62,046 nt of DNA from positions 1-62,046 of IMG/VR virus record IMGVR_UViG_3300009181_000079. One strand, 5' to 3'. This DNA is from a virus. Taxonomy: Duplodnaviria > Caudoviricetes. The translations under genes were made by a program, and so were the position numbers. The notes beneath the pieces are model-generated. The model did no database searches. It saw nothing but the letters and a program-made list of their open reading frames with translations, and had not been told where the DNA came from. Positions 46,845 through 58,643 of the stretch are shown here, piece after piece. Each line of letters begins with the position of its first letter. Within the stretch, counting starts at the first letter, position 1.

Positions 46845-49800
46845 ATGAGCAAAATCACAGACTGGATGAAGAACAACAAGGCGAACGTAGCATTCGCCGG
46901 GCTCGACCTGCCGGCTGCCGTTTCTGGCGAGCACAAGCTGAAAGGTATGTTGACCCTGATTACGAATCTGGCGCTAGGCACTCAGATTTGGAACTACCAG
47001 TTAGGAAAGCTTTTTTCCGGCATGGGGAGTATGGTCAAGGGGCTGATTACCTCCACCGGATCCTTAAATGCCGCGATGAAGAAGCTGGGCGACACCCAGG
47101 CTGCGCAGAAGTCATTCACGGCGCTCGGCGTAAGCGCATCGGGCGCGAGGGCTGAGATTCAGAAGCTTGCGAAGATGTCTGCGGCGAAGGGGATGGACTT
47201 TAGGGATGTTTCTGAGGCCACTCAAAATCTGATTTCATTGAGCCGCGGGGCGAAGGGGACGGCCTCTGATATGGAGGAGCTGATCGATGTCTCCGAGGCC
47301 ACTGGGGCGTCCCTCCAGGAGCTTGCGTCTAATGTTGGCGAAGTATCCGCCGCGATGCGCAACGGGGACGCGATCGACGGGGCGATCGACCGTCTGCGGG
47401 CCATTGGGGCCATCAGTGATTCATCCGCCACAAGCCTCAAGAACCTTCAGAAAGCAGGAGCCGGGGCGTTTAGTATCGATGAGGGGATGAATGACGCCAT
47501 GCGCAAGAACTCCTCTGGAGGAAAGGGCGGAGTGAGGCAGGCGGCGCAGGATCGGGAGTCTGCGTCCACTGGCCTGAAAGAAGCCATTGGAAAACCATGG
47601 GTAGAGGGCGACGTAGAGACCACCAAAAACTACACCGAAGCGCTCAAGGCTATTACGCCGGCCCTCGCAAGTATATCAGAGTTCTTCGCCAAGATCTTCG
47701 CAAGGACCGGCGCGTGGACCTCGTGGCTGGTAAAAACCATTGCCGCGATACCAGGGCTCGGGATTGTCCTGAAGGGGGTGACGGTGCTGTTGACCATGTT
47801 CGCTGCCGGAGTAGCGGTGGTGGCAAATATCAAGCTGGCGCAATGGCTGATTGGTTCGACTTCCTTGTTCGGGAGAATGGCGGCCGGCATCAAAACGGCA
47901 TCCTCTACGATCTTCTTCTTCACCGGCAGCGCAAGAGCCGCGACCGTGGCGGCCTACGCAATGAGTGCGGCCATCAATATCACCAGGGGTGCGCTTATAC
48001 TCTTACAAGCGGCCAGCGTCTTTCTGATTGGCTTTGCGGTTATTGCTCAGATTTTTACGGCGCTCACTGGAAATACTGCGGCGCTGGCAAAGGAGATGGA
48101 TGACGCGGCCAGAGCCTCCAAAGATTTCAACGACGAACTTATGTTGCAGGCGAACAACATTGAGACGCTGGCCGATAAGCACGCGCTGCTCCAGAAGGCG
48201 CTCAAGGCATCTACTGACGCATGGCGGGAGGTCCAGGAGCAGCAGGCGGCGAACGATCATGAATGGGGCTGGGTCAGCAAGGAGGGGAAGGCAAAGCTCG
48301 CCAGCAAGACGGCCGCAGCGGAGGCTATTGACGCCAGCGCGTCCAAAATCATCAGCGCCCCGGTTTCCGAGATCGTCGTGAAGCGCCACGAGGCCGCAAA
48401 GGAACTCTCCGAAGAGCAGACCGCCAGGGAACTCGCATCCTCGCGCGCCACCCCGGAGCAGAGGGCGGCGCTGGATATGGAGGAGTCAAAGAGGCTTGCG
48501 GGGCTCGCAAAGCAGGGCGAGGCCGAAATCGCAGCGGGCAGGAAGACCGAGCTGGATGCGTCATCGTATGAGATTGAGAAGGGGCAGATAATCGCGGCGG
48601 ACGCGGTGGCTGGCGGACCGAAGGCGAGAGCCGCTGAGATAGCACAAGCTCAATCAGACGTGACATACACGCAGTCAAACCACTGGTCAACAGCAGCAGA
48701 TACCAAGCGGATGAGGGATAACGCAAAGGCGCGACTGGAGAAAGCCTTGGCCAACAAAGGCCCCGACACGTCGAAGCAGGACAAAAAGATCGCCGAAACC
48801 TACGCCAAGTCCGACTCGCTTGAGAAGCAGGGAATGGGAGAGCAGGCTCAGGTCCAGTTGGACAGAGATGCCAACCCTAACGCCACAGATGCGCAGCGAA
48901 AGGCCTGGACCAAACGACACGATGACGCGCAGATTAAGATCGATAGAGGCAAGAAGCTGTCGGGTGAATCGCTTCAGAACAAAGCGGAATCCGTAGCTAA
49001 GGCGGAGGAATCACGCAAGGGCGAGATCGCCGGCAAATACGCCAACCTTGAGGCTGACGCGCAGGCTGAGCTTGCCGCCAGCATGGCCGTGGGGCACGCG
49101 GCATTCATGCAGCAGAGTGTCGCCAAGATGGAGAGTATCGACCGTGAGATCGCGGCATACAGGGAACTACACAAGGGCGTTAAGGAAACCACAGACGCAT
49201 ACCTCAAGAACAGAGCCAACGCCAAAGCCGCGGAGGAGGTCGCCAGGCAGTTCGCAGAGTGGAGCAACGAAACAAAGAAGCAAGAGATAGCCTCAGCCGG
49301 CGCGCTGGCAAACGACGAAAGCGTTGGCATCCCTCGCGCCCGCAAGGAGCGCGCGCAGGAAATGTCGGACCTAAAGGCGGAATACGAAGAGGCATACAAA
49401 AGGAACAATCCGGAAGAAATCCAAGCAGCTCAGAACAAAATTGATGAAGCCACGCGGAGGGATCGACTCTCAACCGTCGAAGAAACCAAACAGCAGCTCG
49501 CCACAGGTAGGGATATTCAAAACAGGCACGCAGCCGCTACGGGCGATGCGTCCATCATTCAGAAGAACCAGGCCGTCAGTGAATTTCAGGACGTGTTCGA
49601 TAGCGTTCTTCAGGCCACTGGAGACAAGGGCAAAGCCGAAGCGCTCGGTAGGAGAGCCGCTCAGGATTCCGTCAACCTACAGGGGATTCAAATGCAGCAG
49701 GCCGCAAACACATCTGGAGCTGTCAGCAGCCTGGCCAGGATAGGCGGCGGCGGCGGGGTGGAGGCGGTTGATACGCAGATTGATCTCATGAAGCAAAGCA

Positions 49801-49871
49801 GGGACATCCAGAATGCTATCAGCGCAACTCTCGTCAGGATTGAACTTGCCAAGAAGGGGATCAAGCAATGA
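46845..49871 (+). CDS. tape measure protein
   Basis: 1008 aa, Ala-rich helical, central hydrophobic segments, C-terminal SSLARIGGGG. Confidence 0.85.
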   Translation: MSKITDWMKNNKANVAFAGLDLPAAVSGEHKLKGMLTLITNLALGTQIWNYQLGKLFSGMGSMVKGLITSTGSLNAAMKKLGDTQAAQKSFTALGVSASGARAEIQKLAKMSAAKGMDFRDVSEATQNLISLSRGAKGTASDMEELIDVSEATGASLQELASNVGEVSAAMRNGDAIDGAIDRLRAIGAISDSSATSLKNLQKAGAGAFSIDEGMNDAMRKNSSGGKGGVRQAAQDRESASTGLKEAIGKPWVEGDVETTKNYTEALKAITPALASISEFFAKIFARTGAWTSWLVKTIAAIPGLGIVLKGVTVLLTMFAAGVAVVANIKLAQWLIGSTSLFGRMAAGIKTASSTIFFFTGSARAATVAAYAMSAAINITRGALILLQAASVFLIGFAVIAQIFTALTGNTAALAKEMDDAARASKDFNDELMLQANNIETLADKHALLQKALKASTDAWREVQEQQAANDHEWGWVSKEGKAKLASKTAAAEAIDASASKIISAPVSEIVVKRHEAAKELSEEQTARELASSRATPEQRAALDMEESKRLAGLAKQGEAEIAAGRKTELDASSYEIEKGQIIAADAVAGGPKARAAEIAQAQSDVTYTQSNHWSTAADTKRMRDNAKARLEKALANKGPDTSKQDKKIAETYAKSDSLEKQGMGEQAQVQLDRDANPNATDAQRKAWTKRHDDAQIKIDRGKKLSGESLQNKAESVAKAEESRKGEIAGKYANLEADAQAELAASMAVGHAAFMQQSVAKMESIDREIAAYRELHKGVKETTDAYLKNRANAKAAEEVARQFAEWSNETKKQEIASAGALANDESVGIPRARKERAQEMSDLKAEYEEAYKRNNPEEIQAAQNKIDEATRRDRLSTVEETKQQLATGRDIQNRHAAATGDASIIQKNQAVSEFQDVFDSVLQATGDKGKAEALGRRAAQDSVNLQGIQMQQAANTSGAVSSLARIGGGGGVEAVDTQIDLMKQSRDIQNAISATLVRIELAKKGIKQ

Positions 49872-50641
49872 ACCTAGAGAGCGGAAACTTTGAATTTTAC
49901 GGAACGCAGGCAACCGTCGTTGACCTTGGAACACTCTCGACCGAAAGGGATGGCCTGCAGTCCAACACCTCGACATACAAAATCAGGAAAGCTGGGTGGA
50001 ATTTCCTACCCAAGAGGAAATCCAAACACCCGATATTTTGGAACCTGCTGTGCGATCGTGCTGAGGTGAGCTTCTCGGGACCGTATGCAATCGCGACATG
50101 CACGTTCTTCGGGATTGAAATGGAGTCCAGCACTCCCATCTACGACCTGTCTGATAATGTGAACCAGGAGCCCATCTCGACGCATCCTGATTTCCAGAAG
50201 CTCATCGGAGGGACGGCTCAGGCCCCGCTTAACGAAGCAGTCTTCAGGCGTGTAGGACCGCAAAATGAAAACACCAACGCCATGACATCAAGGCCAAGAA
50301 CCGTGGAGTTTGCGAAAGCCAACCCTGGAGGCTGGGTGTTCGACCACTTTGAATTAGAGCTGCCGAACAAAAAGGGCCAGAATCCATTTGCAGGAGTGAC
50401 AGACTATCTGGAACCCGGACTCACATGGAGGAAGTCCTGGTGCCAGAGGAAGCCCATGGACGACCTGGCTAAGGTCGGGAAGATCGACATACCTGAAGGC
50501 GACTACCCGAACGTAGCGCCGCGAACTTGGCTGCTTGTATCGGCAACTCAGCAGGACAAAAGCGGCTGCTTCCAATGCACTAAGGAGTGGAGAACATCCG
50601 GACTGCGTGGCTGGATCCCTGAGATTTACGGCAAGAAATAA
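49868..50641 (+). CDS. tail tip / distal tail protein
   Basis: EPISTHPDF, GVTDYLEP, WLL, EW..SG..GW..EIY; position after the tape measure gene. Confidence 0.55.
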   Translation: MNLESGNFEFYGTQATVVDLGTLSTERDGLQSNTSTYKIRKAGWNFLPKRKSKHPIFWNLLCDRAEVSFSGPYAIATCTFFGIEMESSTPIYDLSDNVNQEPISTHPDFQKLIGGTAQAPLNEAVFRRVGPQNENTNAMTSRPRTVEFAKANPGGWVFDHFELELPNKKGQNPFAGVTDYLEPGLTWRKSWCQRKPMDDLAKVGKIDIPEGDYPNVAPRTWLLVSATQQDKSGCFQCTKEWRTSGLRGWIPEIYGKK

Positions 50642-50643
50642 CC

Positions 50644-51237
50644 ATGGACGACCTTTCCCTTCATCTTAAAAAACTGACTCCGGTGAAATCCGGAGACGCG
50701 CCGGAGGATGTCCTTACTGCCGGCCGCATTAACGCCATCCAGTCGGCGCTACTACTGCTGGCCACCGGGGCCAATGTTAAGACTTCAGGCGGGCTCGCTA
50801 AATCATCCCACTCATTCTCCTACATCCTGAAGGGCATTGAGCCCGGGGTTGTTGACCCAGAGGAGTCCGTGTGTGAGCTTCGCATGAGGTCAGCCTCAGA
50901 TGAATCGGGATACAAGGTCACGTTCGACTGGGGGCGCGTGGCAAACCGCCAGCCCACAGGCTTCAATACGCGAGGCAAGATTGTGCCGCTTGACGTGGCG
51001 GATGACGGGCAGCGGCATTGTTTCTACGCAAAATGCACCGTCGATCCAGTTACATTGAATTGGACGGAGGTTGAGATTGTCGAGGCCGCATGGGACGTGC
51101 TCCCCACCGCCACGGTCGCCTACTATCTGATTGGAAGCGCAGAGGTGATCGAAAAGGTGCTCACGCTAACGCCCCCTACTTGTGGACCGATTTATCCAAA
51201 CCTCTGCGATCTTCTCTCTTTTTACCCCTACGTTTAA
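50644..51237 (+). CDS. tail-associated protein
   Basis: V.SGD...LTAGRINAI start; position. Confidence 0.5.
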   Translation: MDDLSLHLKKLTPVKSGDAPEDVLTAGRINAIQSALLLLATGANVKTSGGLAKSSHSFSYILKGIEPGVVDPEESVCELRMRSASDESGYKVTFDWGRVANRQPTGFNTRGKIVPLDVADDGQRHCFYAKCTVDPVTLNWTEVEIVEAAWDVLPTATVAYYLIGSAEVIEKVLTLTPPTCGPIYPNLCDLLSFYPYV

Positions 51238-51239
51238 TT

Positions 51240-52670
51240 ATGGGATTTGAAGACGCAAAATGCCGGGTGGATGCAAAGCGTAGTATCACTGCGATCACCA
51301 TTGATGTCGCGCTGGTGTTCACCAATACCAGCGAAACCGCAGAAGACGGATCCTACGCTGTGGAGACAAAAACTACGAACGTGTCCGACACATTCCATCG
51401 GGTTCGCACGTCGGATCTTCGCGGAAAGTTTTACGGCACCGCCGACATCACCGGCTATGCCCTACTGGTCGAAGCGTCTCCGGGCGTCTATCCAACGCTG
51501 ACTTTTACGAAGCTCACGAACCCGCAGTGTCGATATGATCAGATACTCATGGAGTTCGACGAGTGGACTTTCTACCCAGACGGGCTTTTTAATGAGGAGT
51601 GGCAGCCCAGCCATGCGCTTATAGACGCCTATCGCGCCGCTGTCGGCGATGAGGATAGAGCGACCGCACTCGCGGCGTTGAAGGCAGAGTGGTTGAGTCA
51701 CAGTGTTTGGAAGCCTGGATATTTCATGCTGCTGTGTCCGCCATGCTGCCCATGTATGATTGAGCTTACGCAATACGCAGTGCCACATAAGGGTGCAACT
51801 GCCGTCCATTTCAGTCAATGGGACGGAGAGGGCAACTTGGTTATAGACTACGATGACGACTACGAAGATTGGACGACGGTAATCCCTCATCTAGTTACGA
51901 GAAACTGCAAGAGTGAACTTGGAATGGTCGGCGGCGCAAGATACGACCCGGACGACAACGAGACCTCTCCCGCAACATTCGCGGTCACATCCGTTGTCGC
52001 TGGCGACGAAACTCATGACGCAGAGGTTGAGATTCGCGTGAACGAGACCGGAGTGCCGGATGTAAGGGTGGAGTTCTCGTGGGTTTCGCCAGGGGATGAA
52101 GCGGATGTCTTTGTCTTCTATCTCACGCCGGGCGAAATCATTCTTTTCAGCCTTAATGGTGATGACGGCTCTACCTACTTAGGCTCTGATCGTGTTGCTT
52201 GGCAGGCGAAAATGGACGCCATTGTTGCTGAGAACTTCCGGCTTACCACCGGCACGAAATCAGATGGTGAGCGCGGAGTGTGGAGGATTGGGTTTATCGG
52301 GAAGTATGCCAGAACCCCGGTTGCCCTGCCGGCCTACTGCGCCACATTCATACCGCGCGCCTCTGAAGATGAGGTAAAGGTGGTAAGACCAGCCTGGGGC
52401 GGGGATGACGGTTATAGCGACTATCTGGACTTCTATGATCAATACTATTACACCACGGGCACCGTTTCCAGGGTATATGTCGTTCCGGACTACAGATATG
52501 GCTTCTATCCTACTGGCGCACAGGTTCAAGATCCACGCATATACAACTTCCTCAATGTCGCTCGGTGCATGAGCGATGCCGGGTCGAGCTGGTCGAGGAC
52601 CTTCGACAACACTCAATCCTACGCGCATGAGACTCATCGCCGAGTGGGTCATATTACCTATTCTTGGTAA
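51240..52670 (+). CDS. tail-associated protein (acidic, aromatic-rich)
   Basis: likely start ATG 51240 after the upstream stop. Confidence 0.55.
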   Translation: MGFEDAKCRVDAKRSITAITIDVALVFTNTSETAEDGSYAVETKTTNVSDTFHRVRTSDLRGKFYGTADITGYALLVEASPGVYPTLTFTKLTNPQCRYDQILMEFDEWTFYPDGLFNEEWQPSHALIDAYRAAVGDEDRATALAALKAEWLSHSVWKPGYFMLLCPPCCPCMIELTQYAVPHKGATAVHFSQWDGEGNLVIDYDDDYEDWTTVIPHLVTRNCKSELGMVGGARYDPDDNETSPATFAVTSVVAGDETHDAEVEIRVNETGVPDVRVEFSWVSPGDEADVFVFYLTPGEIILFSLNGDDGSTYLGSDRVAWQAKMDAIVAENFRLTTGTKSDGERGVWRIGFIGKYARTPVALPAYCATFIPRASEDEVKVVRPAWGGDDGYSDYLDFYDQYYYTTGTVSRVYVVPDYRYGFYPTGAQVQDPRIYNFLNVARCMSDAGSSWSRTFDNTQSYAHETHRRVGHITYSW

Positions 52671-52873
52671 TGGAATCTTGGATCGTCCAGAAACGACGCA
52701 AGACATGCCTCTCGTGCGAGGCGATGGCGGACTGCCTCGCGATTCCATCCATATTCAAGGAGCAGTCTGACTGCCCAAAGAGCTTTCACCCTCCGCGCCA
52801 TGAGGAGATAGCGGATCGCGCATGGCCTTCTGATAAGCCTGCCATCTCCGGATGCTGTGATAGGGCCGATTGA
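52664..52873 (+). CDS. small Cys-rich protein
   Basis: RR.TCLSC...C...CP...SGCCDRAD. Confidence 0.55.
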   Translation: MVMESWIVQKRRKTCLSCEAMADCLAIPSIFKEQSDCPKSFHPPRHEEIADRAWPSDKPAISGCCDRAD

Positions 52874-52891
52874 CAAGGCGGGAAATATCGC

Positions 52892-54853
52892 ATGGTTATC
52901 ACTGTAGATCTGGATTCCAATAGAATTGTCGAGCAGCCTGGCGTGCTCGGGTCTCCCAACGATCTCACGACACCCAGGGCAACCGCCGTTCCGTTGACAG
53001 TTCAATTCTGCCGCGGCGGAGTTATCGTAGATCCAGAGTCGAGCAGCGCTGAGATACTCACATCATCCACCGGGACTGGGACTATATTCTACGCCCCAGC
53101 GCATCCATTTGCGGTCAATGATGAGATCAGTATCTCTGGTCACACCGGGCTGCCTATAGAAATCTCAGCATCGACGGGATGCGCGCAAGCAGTCACCTTT
53201 GATACCAGCACGGATTTAGTGACTGTCTCTGGGTGTTCCGCCGGGGATAGAGTCGTGTTTTATAACGGCGACACTCTTCCGTCAGAAATCACGGGCGGAG
53301 TTATTTACTACGTTATTGCTTCAGGGCTTACTTCTGCTTCCTGTAAGATTTCCACCACCGCGGGTGGGTTGGCCATAAACCTTACGGGGTCTCCAGCAGG
53401 GACGCACACGGCGATCAACCTTTCCAGGTGCCTCATAACAACCTCGGCAGACCACGGAATGACCACCGGAGGAAACGGGACCGGAGCGAACGGGATAGCT
53501 TTGGCCGCTGGTAAGTTCCTCGTGAACATAGCCGGGCACGATACCGCTGGCTTAATCACCGGAAGCATTACCTCGGCCTCGAACGCAAATCCGGCTGTCG
53601 TGACCACCACAGCCGCGCACGGACTAAGCACGGGCGATATAATTACGGTAGTCGGGTCCACTCGCACTCAATGCAATGTGACATCTTCTATTACCGTCAC
53701 AGGAGCCACCACTTTCACCATGCCCGTAGTGACCGGAGGCTCAGCCGGAACGGGCGGCTCTTTCAGGCGCCAGGCCAGCGACATCAATGGCCAGCATATT
53801 GCGACATGGGTGAGCGCCACAACCTTCACTATCCCGAAGGCGAACTACAGCGTCCTAACTGGAGGGGCGATGGCGGTGACGACCACCACTCCGACAGCAA
53901 ACACGGCAGACGGAGCTGTATGGAAAATATCCGCCGTAACCGCAAATACATTTACGCTCAACTATGCGGGAGTAAGCGGGTTCCCATCAATGACCCTCAC
54001 GGCCGCAGGAACGGGAGGCATCGCAACCAAAACAACATCACTCGCACTCCGCTGGACGGTCAAGAATGATGGCGAGTATGACGGGGATATTGTCGCAGAG
54101 ACCAACACCTTCACAAAATACGGCAGCGGAGACACCACGAGCTTCAGAGGGACCTGCAACTACATCACTCCAGAGCTGAACTCATTACTCGGAATCGAGG
54201 CGACTACCGGCGGAGTAGTCACTGGGGTTTCTGCTACGGATCTGTTCACCCGCACGACTCACGGTTTCTCCGCTGGAGATCTCGTGGTCTTCACCGTTTC
54301 CGGTGGCGGAGCGGTCCCGGGCGGAATCACAGCCGGCCTTCGCTACTATGTCGTTTCCAGTGGACTGACCGCCAATGCCTTCAAGGTAAGCGCGACCAGC
54401 GGCGGCACAGCGATCGACCTAACTAGCGACAGCACTGCCACTGTCACGGTCACGAAATACCCAATATCCAATGACGAGACCAGTGCGACCCTGATGGCAG
54501 AGCTGAAGTGGACAGGAGCTCAGCCATCGAAGACGAACTGGATTCGCCATTATGTTCGTAATGACCTCTACAAGGGAGACGAGTCCACGCCCGTCAGCAC
54601 GGCTGGGCGGATTGGCTCGACCGATATTGTGAACGGAGACTCAGAGGTTTCAGTGACATTCGATCCAATTCTCGGCACGGCCAACTGGCACTTCATGGGA
54701 GCCCCATACGTGGAGAACACCACAGCCTCCGCGCTGGGTCTTTCTTTCGATGGACTATCCGCCAAATCCGCCTCGGGCTTCACGGCCATCCTGAGCGGCG
54801 CAACAGACACCGCTGGCACCTACAAACTTCGGTGGATCGTTCAACCTGATTAG
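52892..54853 (+). CDS. tail fibre / baseplate protein with HG-type beta repeats
   Basis: Thr/Gly-rich; [15 protein letters not shown] and YYV..SGLT repeats. Confidence 0.75.
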   Translation: MVITVDLDSNRIVEQPGVLGSPNDLTTPRATAVPLTVQFCRGGVIVDPESSSAEILTSSTGTGTIFYAPAHPFAVNDEISISGHTGLPIEISASTGCAQAVTFDTSTDLVTVSGCSAGDRVVFYNGDTLPSEITGGVIYYVIASGLTSASCKISTTAGGLAINLTGSPAGTHTAINLSRCLITTSADHGMTTGGNGTGANGIALAAGKFLVNIAGHDTAGLITGSITSASNANPAVVTTTAAHGLSTGDIITVVGSTRTQCNVTSSITVTGATTFTMPVVTGGSAGTGGSFRRQASDINGQHIATWVSATTFTIPKANYSVLTGGAMAVTTTTPTANTADGAVWKISAVTANTFTLNYAGVSGFPSMTLTAAGTGGIATKTTSLALRWTVKNDGEYDGDIVAETNTFTKYGSGDTTSFRGTCNYITPELNSLLGIEATTGGVVTGVSATDLFTRTTHGFSAGDLVVFTVSGGGAVPGGITAGLRYYVVSSGLTANAFKVSATSGGTAIDLTSDSTATVTVTKYPISNDETSATLMAELKWTGAQPSKTNWIRHYVRNDLYKGDESTPVSTAGRIGSTDIVNGDSEVSVTFDPILGTANWHFMGAPYVENTTASALGLSFDGLSAKSASGFTAILSGATDTAGTYKLRWIVQPD

Positions 54854-54855
54854 CT

Positions 54856-57327
54856 ATGCAGCGCGCACTCAAAAATCTACTCATTCAGGGGACGCTCGAT
54901 GGAGCGCCAACCAGCGGGACGTTGGACCTCAGTAATATCACCCTCACGCTTCCTGCGAGCCTCACCTCGACGTTTTTCGACTTCAAGGGCAACTTCTCCG
55001 CATCCGGCAATCCAAGCTACCCCACGGGGCTAAAGGGCGATGTGTATTACATCAGCGTGGCCGGCAAGGTCGGCGGAGGCTCCGGCAAGACTGTCACGGT
55101 CGGGGATATGCTCATCTGCTCCGCGGATAATGCCGGGGGCGCAGAGGGAGATAGCGGAGGAGCGATCGGCACGAGCTGGTTCGTCACGCAGAGCAATCTC
55201 GACATGACCAACGTCGCGATCACCGGAGGGAGCATCACAGGAATCACCGACCTCGCCGTGGCCGATGGAGGAACAGGAGCAAGTGACGCAGCCACCGCCC
55301 GAACAAATCTCGGACTCGCCATCGGGACGAACGTGCAAGCCTACGACGCGGATTTAACAACATGGGCGGGCATCACGCCGGGCACAGGCGTTGCTACCGC
55401 GCTCGCCGTTGCCAATAACTCAGCAGGCGGTTACTCGCCGATTGACGGCATGGCCACGCTTTCCAACAAAACGCTGACAGCCCCCAGGTTTGCCAGTGGC
55501 GGCTTCATCGCAGACGCATACGGCAACGAGCTTATTATCTTCACTACGACAGCCAGTGCAATCAATGAACTGACGCTGGCAAACGCCGCATCTGGAAGCT
55601 CACCGACGCTTTCGATGACAGGGGGCGGCAGCGATATTGGGCTGAACCTTACCCCCAAGGGCGCGGGCGCAATAACTCTGACTTCCGGAGTAACCTCGGG
55701 CAGTGGGCTTGCCGTTACCAGCAGCACTCTGAGTTCAGGAAAATTGCTGTCTCTTGCTTCGACTTCTACGGCCAGCGGCACTCAATACGGGCTGGATGTT
55801 TCTCTGACTGGTAGCTACAACAGTTCTGCCTACACATCTTACGGGGTGAATGTTGTGAACTCCCGCTACGGCAACATTGGTAGTTGCACAACTTACGGTG
55901 CCTTGTTCACGGTGAGCACTGTGGGAACCTACAGCAACACCCACTACGGAGTTTCGTCAGTAGTATCCAACTACTCAGCGGGGTCGGGAATAAACTACGG
56001 CTTCCACACTTCGCTTACGAGTTGCGGTTCATCCAGCACCAACTACGGCGTCTATAGTTCCGTAGTGACTTCTGGTAGTAGCAGCTACGGAGGTTACTTT
56101 TACGCAAATGGTGCCACTACCAGCTACGGAGGCTACTTTTATGCAATCGGAGGCTCCAACAACTATGCTATCTATGTAGGGGCGGGAGACGTGGCGACTG
56201 GGTTGGGCACAATCAATGTATTCAACACCACGGCCACAACGGTCAATGCCTTCGGTGCGGCTACGGCCATTAACATTGGTGCAGCAGCTACCGCTGGAAT
56301 CGTCACCATTGGTAAATCAGCAGACTCAACAGGTTATCTAAACGTGGTCAATACGCTAGACACCACGAGCAGCACCACGGGAGCAATCCGAACCAGCGGC
56401 GGGATCAGCGCGGCAAAGGCGCTAAACATCGGCACAACAGGAACATTCGGAGGGCAGATTATCACCGCCGCAGGGTCGGTTGGCACTCCTTCTATCGCGC
56501 CAACTGGTGACTCTAATACTGGCATCTGGTTTCCAGCAGCGGATACGATTGCCGCGTCGGTCGCCGGAGCAAGAGCGATCACGATTGGTGTCGGCGGCAC
56601 TGCTGGGCGTGTAGGCGTCAATTCGACCGTCCCCGCAGCTACCTTCCACGTCATCGCCGATTCTGCCATTAGTGGGAAAGCGATGCGGCTTTCCGATTCT
56701 GGAAACACGCAGCACGCAGACTTTTATTGTCCTACCTCTGACGGGATCACCACTGCCGCCGCTTTTGGCACGGCAACGAACCATAACTTTGGCATATTCA
56801 CCAACAACTCAGGGTGGTGGGCGTTATTCACGACTGACAAATACATACGCCTACCCGCAGGCGCAGGTGGCCTTGGCATTAAAAACGCCGATGGCACCGT
56901 GTCTATTCCCGGATACACCTTCGAGAGCGACACAAACACTGGGATGTATCGCGTTAGCGAAGATCAACTCGGATTCACAGCTGGCGGCACATTGCGGGCA
57001 ACAATCAACACGACAGATTTAGTTTTGACTGTTGGTTTGACTTTGCCAAAAACCATAACCGCACCCGCCACCACGGGCGCTCAGACCATTAACAAAACCT
57101 GCGGCTCAGTCAATTTTGCAACTGGAGCAACATCGCTCGTGGTTACAAACTCGCTTGTCACGACGAGTAGCGTGATTTTGGTTACTGGCGCAACGAACGA
57201 TATTGATCAAAGTGTATTTCTTGCGGTAGCGGCAGCGGGTTCATTCACCATTTATAACGCCACTGTTGGCGGTTATAGTTCACAGGTTGCTGCTGAAACT
57301 CGCGTCAATTTTTTAGTCCTTAATTAA
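54856..57327 (+). CDS. tail fibre protein
   Basis: [50 protein letters not shown] repeats, YG-rich segment. Confidence 0.85.
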   Translation: MQRALKNLLIQGTLDGAPTSGTLDLSNITLTLPASLTSTFFDFKGNFSASGNPSYPTGLKGDVYYISVAGKVGGGSGKTVTVGDMLICSADNAGGAEGDSGGAIGTSWFVTQSNLDMTNVAITGGSITGITDLAVADGGTGASDAATARTNLGLAIGTNVQAYDADLTTWAGITPGTGVATALAVANNSAGGYSPIDGMATLSNKTLTAPRFASGGFIADAYGNELIIFTTTASAINELTLANAASGSSPTLSMTGGGSDIGLNLTPKGAGAITLTSGVTSGSGLAVTSSTLSSGKLLSLASTSTASGTQYGLDVSLTGSYNSSAYTSYGVNVVNSRYGNIGSCTTYGALFTVSTVGTYSNTHYGVSSVVSNYSAGSGINYGFHTSLTSCGSSSTNYGVYSSVVTSGSSSYGGYFYANGATTSYGGYFYAIGGSNNYAIYVGAGDVATGLGTINVFNTTATTVNAFGAATAINIGAAATAGIVTIGKSADSTGYLNVVNTLDTTSSTTGAIRTSGGISAAKALNIGTTGTFGGQIITAAGSVGTPSIAPTGDSNTGIWFPAADTIAASVAGARAITIGVGGTAGRVGVNSTVPAATFHVIADSAISGKAMRLSDSGNTQHADFYCPTSDGITTAAAFGTATNHNFGIFTNNSGWWALFTTDKYIRLPAGAGGLGIKNADGTVSIPGYTFESDTNTGMYRVSEDQLGFTAGGTLRATINTTDLVLTVGLTLPKTITAPATTGAQTINKTCGSVNFATGATSLVVTNSLVTTSSVILVTGATNDIDQSVFLAVAAAGSFTIYNATVGGYSSQVAAETRVNFLVLN

Positions 57328-57336
57328 CACATCCTT

Positions 57337-57696
57337 ATGCCAATGCCAACACGCACCATTGCAGAAATCAGATCAGCTATTTCCGACACTTCGCTATGGC
57401 GGGATATTGACGAAACGATGAACAACATCCGACGTGAAGTAGCCGAACAATTACAAAAGCTAAAACTAGAACACGACTCCATCGTTGTCGCGCTTACAAC
57501 TGACCGCGACAGACTCGCCAAGCTGCTCGAAGACGCCACCACCGCGTTTGACGCTGGCGACGTTGCCACGCTGACAGCGATGCGCGCTGCCGCGCTGCAA
57601 ACCGAGAACGAAAAGAAACTCGCCGCCGCACTTGCTAAAAAATCGGAGGCCGAAGCGGAGATTGCAGCACTCGCGGCGCAACTCGAACTCGCATAA
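57337..57696 (+). CDS. hypothetical coiled-coil protein (possible fibre chaperone)
   Basis: helical, follows the fibre gene. Confidence 0.5.
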   Translation: MPMPTRTIAEIRSAISDTSLWRDIDETMNNIRREVAEQLQKLKLEHDSIVVALTTDRDRLAKLLEDATTAFDAGDVATLTAMRAAALQTENEKKLAAALAKKSEAEAEIAALAAQLELA

Positions 57697-57699
57697 ATT

Positions 57700-57996
57700 A
57701 TGAACGGAACCGAACAGCAAACTGAACAACAAGCGCACAGGCTGCGATTCGACGGGACGGTGAATCTCGGACACGCGCTCACGGCGAGCGCCATGCTGAT
57801 AGGCGGTTTCGTAGTGTGGACACAATCGCAGATCGTTCAGGCCAAGCAGGACGTTCGCATCGAATACATCGAGAGAACGGCTCAAAAAACAGCCGATTCG
57901 GTGAATAAAATTATGGAAATGCAGCAAGAAATGGCCAGAACGCAGGAGCACGTCACCGCAACGCTCCAAGTCTTGACCAAGAAACCGCAGCTTTGA
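57700..57996 (+). CDS. single-TM coiled-coil lysis-cassette protein
   Basis: VNLGHALTASAMLIGGFVVW transmembrane segment then coiled coil. Confidence 0.55.
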   Translation: MNGTEQQTEQQAHRLRFDGTVNLGHALTASAMLIGGFVVWTQSQIVQAKQDVRIEYIERTAQKTADSVNKIMEMQQEMARTQEHVTATLQVLTKKPQL

Positions 57997-58643
57997 AATC
58001 CCTTCTTGCCGTCCTCGCCCTCTCCCTCGCTGGTTGCTCATGGTTTTCGCACAAGGCGCGGCGCATCGAGGCACCGGACGCCACGGCGATTCACGTAGCA
58101 GCGGACCGGGCCGAGAAATCCACGGCATCAGCGGCGAAGGCATCGGCCAAGGCGGGCGAGCATCTTGCGAAAGCCAAAGCCCGGCACGGCGAGGCGATTG
58201 CCAGCCACAAGGCCGAAGAGAACCATATTACCGACGCCGAGAAAAAGGTAGCCGACTTACAGATGCGCGTGACGGTTGAGTTGCGCCCCGAAGTGGACGC
58301 GCTCGCCAACGACATCATGCAGCTACGCGCACAGCGCAGCACGACAAACGCCGCGCTGCTCGATACAGGAATGGAGGTCGGCGAGGCAACAGTCGCGTCG
58401 GCGGAATCATTGGCAGCATCGAATGTGGCGAAGGCTGAACAGGAAGCCATTCGCACGAAGCACTCTCCCGAATACGAGGGGAAGGTGAAGGAGATCGTCG
58501 CCAAGGCCAACGCCACGGAGATCGCCTATGCAAAGGCCGACGCAGAGAGATTGAAACTGCTCGGCCAAAAGACGGCGCTCATTTCGATTGCCGTTCTCTC
58601 AGTAATCGCAGGTCTGGTGCTGAAGTTCTACAAACCGCTATGA
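57993..58643 (+). CDS. lipoprotein with C-terminal TM (candidate unimolecular spanin)
   Basis: signal peptide with LAGC lipobox; Ala-rich coiled coil; C-terminal ALISIAVLSVIAGLVL. Confidence 0.65.
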   Translation: MKSLLAVLALSLAGCSWFSHKARRIEAPDATAIHVAADRAEKSTASAAKASAKAGEHLAKAKARHGEAIASHKAEENHITDAEKKVADLQMRVTVELRPEVDALANDIMQLRAQRSTTNAALLDTGMEVGEATVASAESLAASNVAKAEQEAIRTKHSPEYEGKVKEIVAKANATEIAYAKADAERLKLLGQKTALISIAVLSVIAGLVLKFYKPL

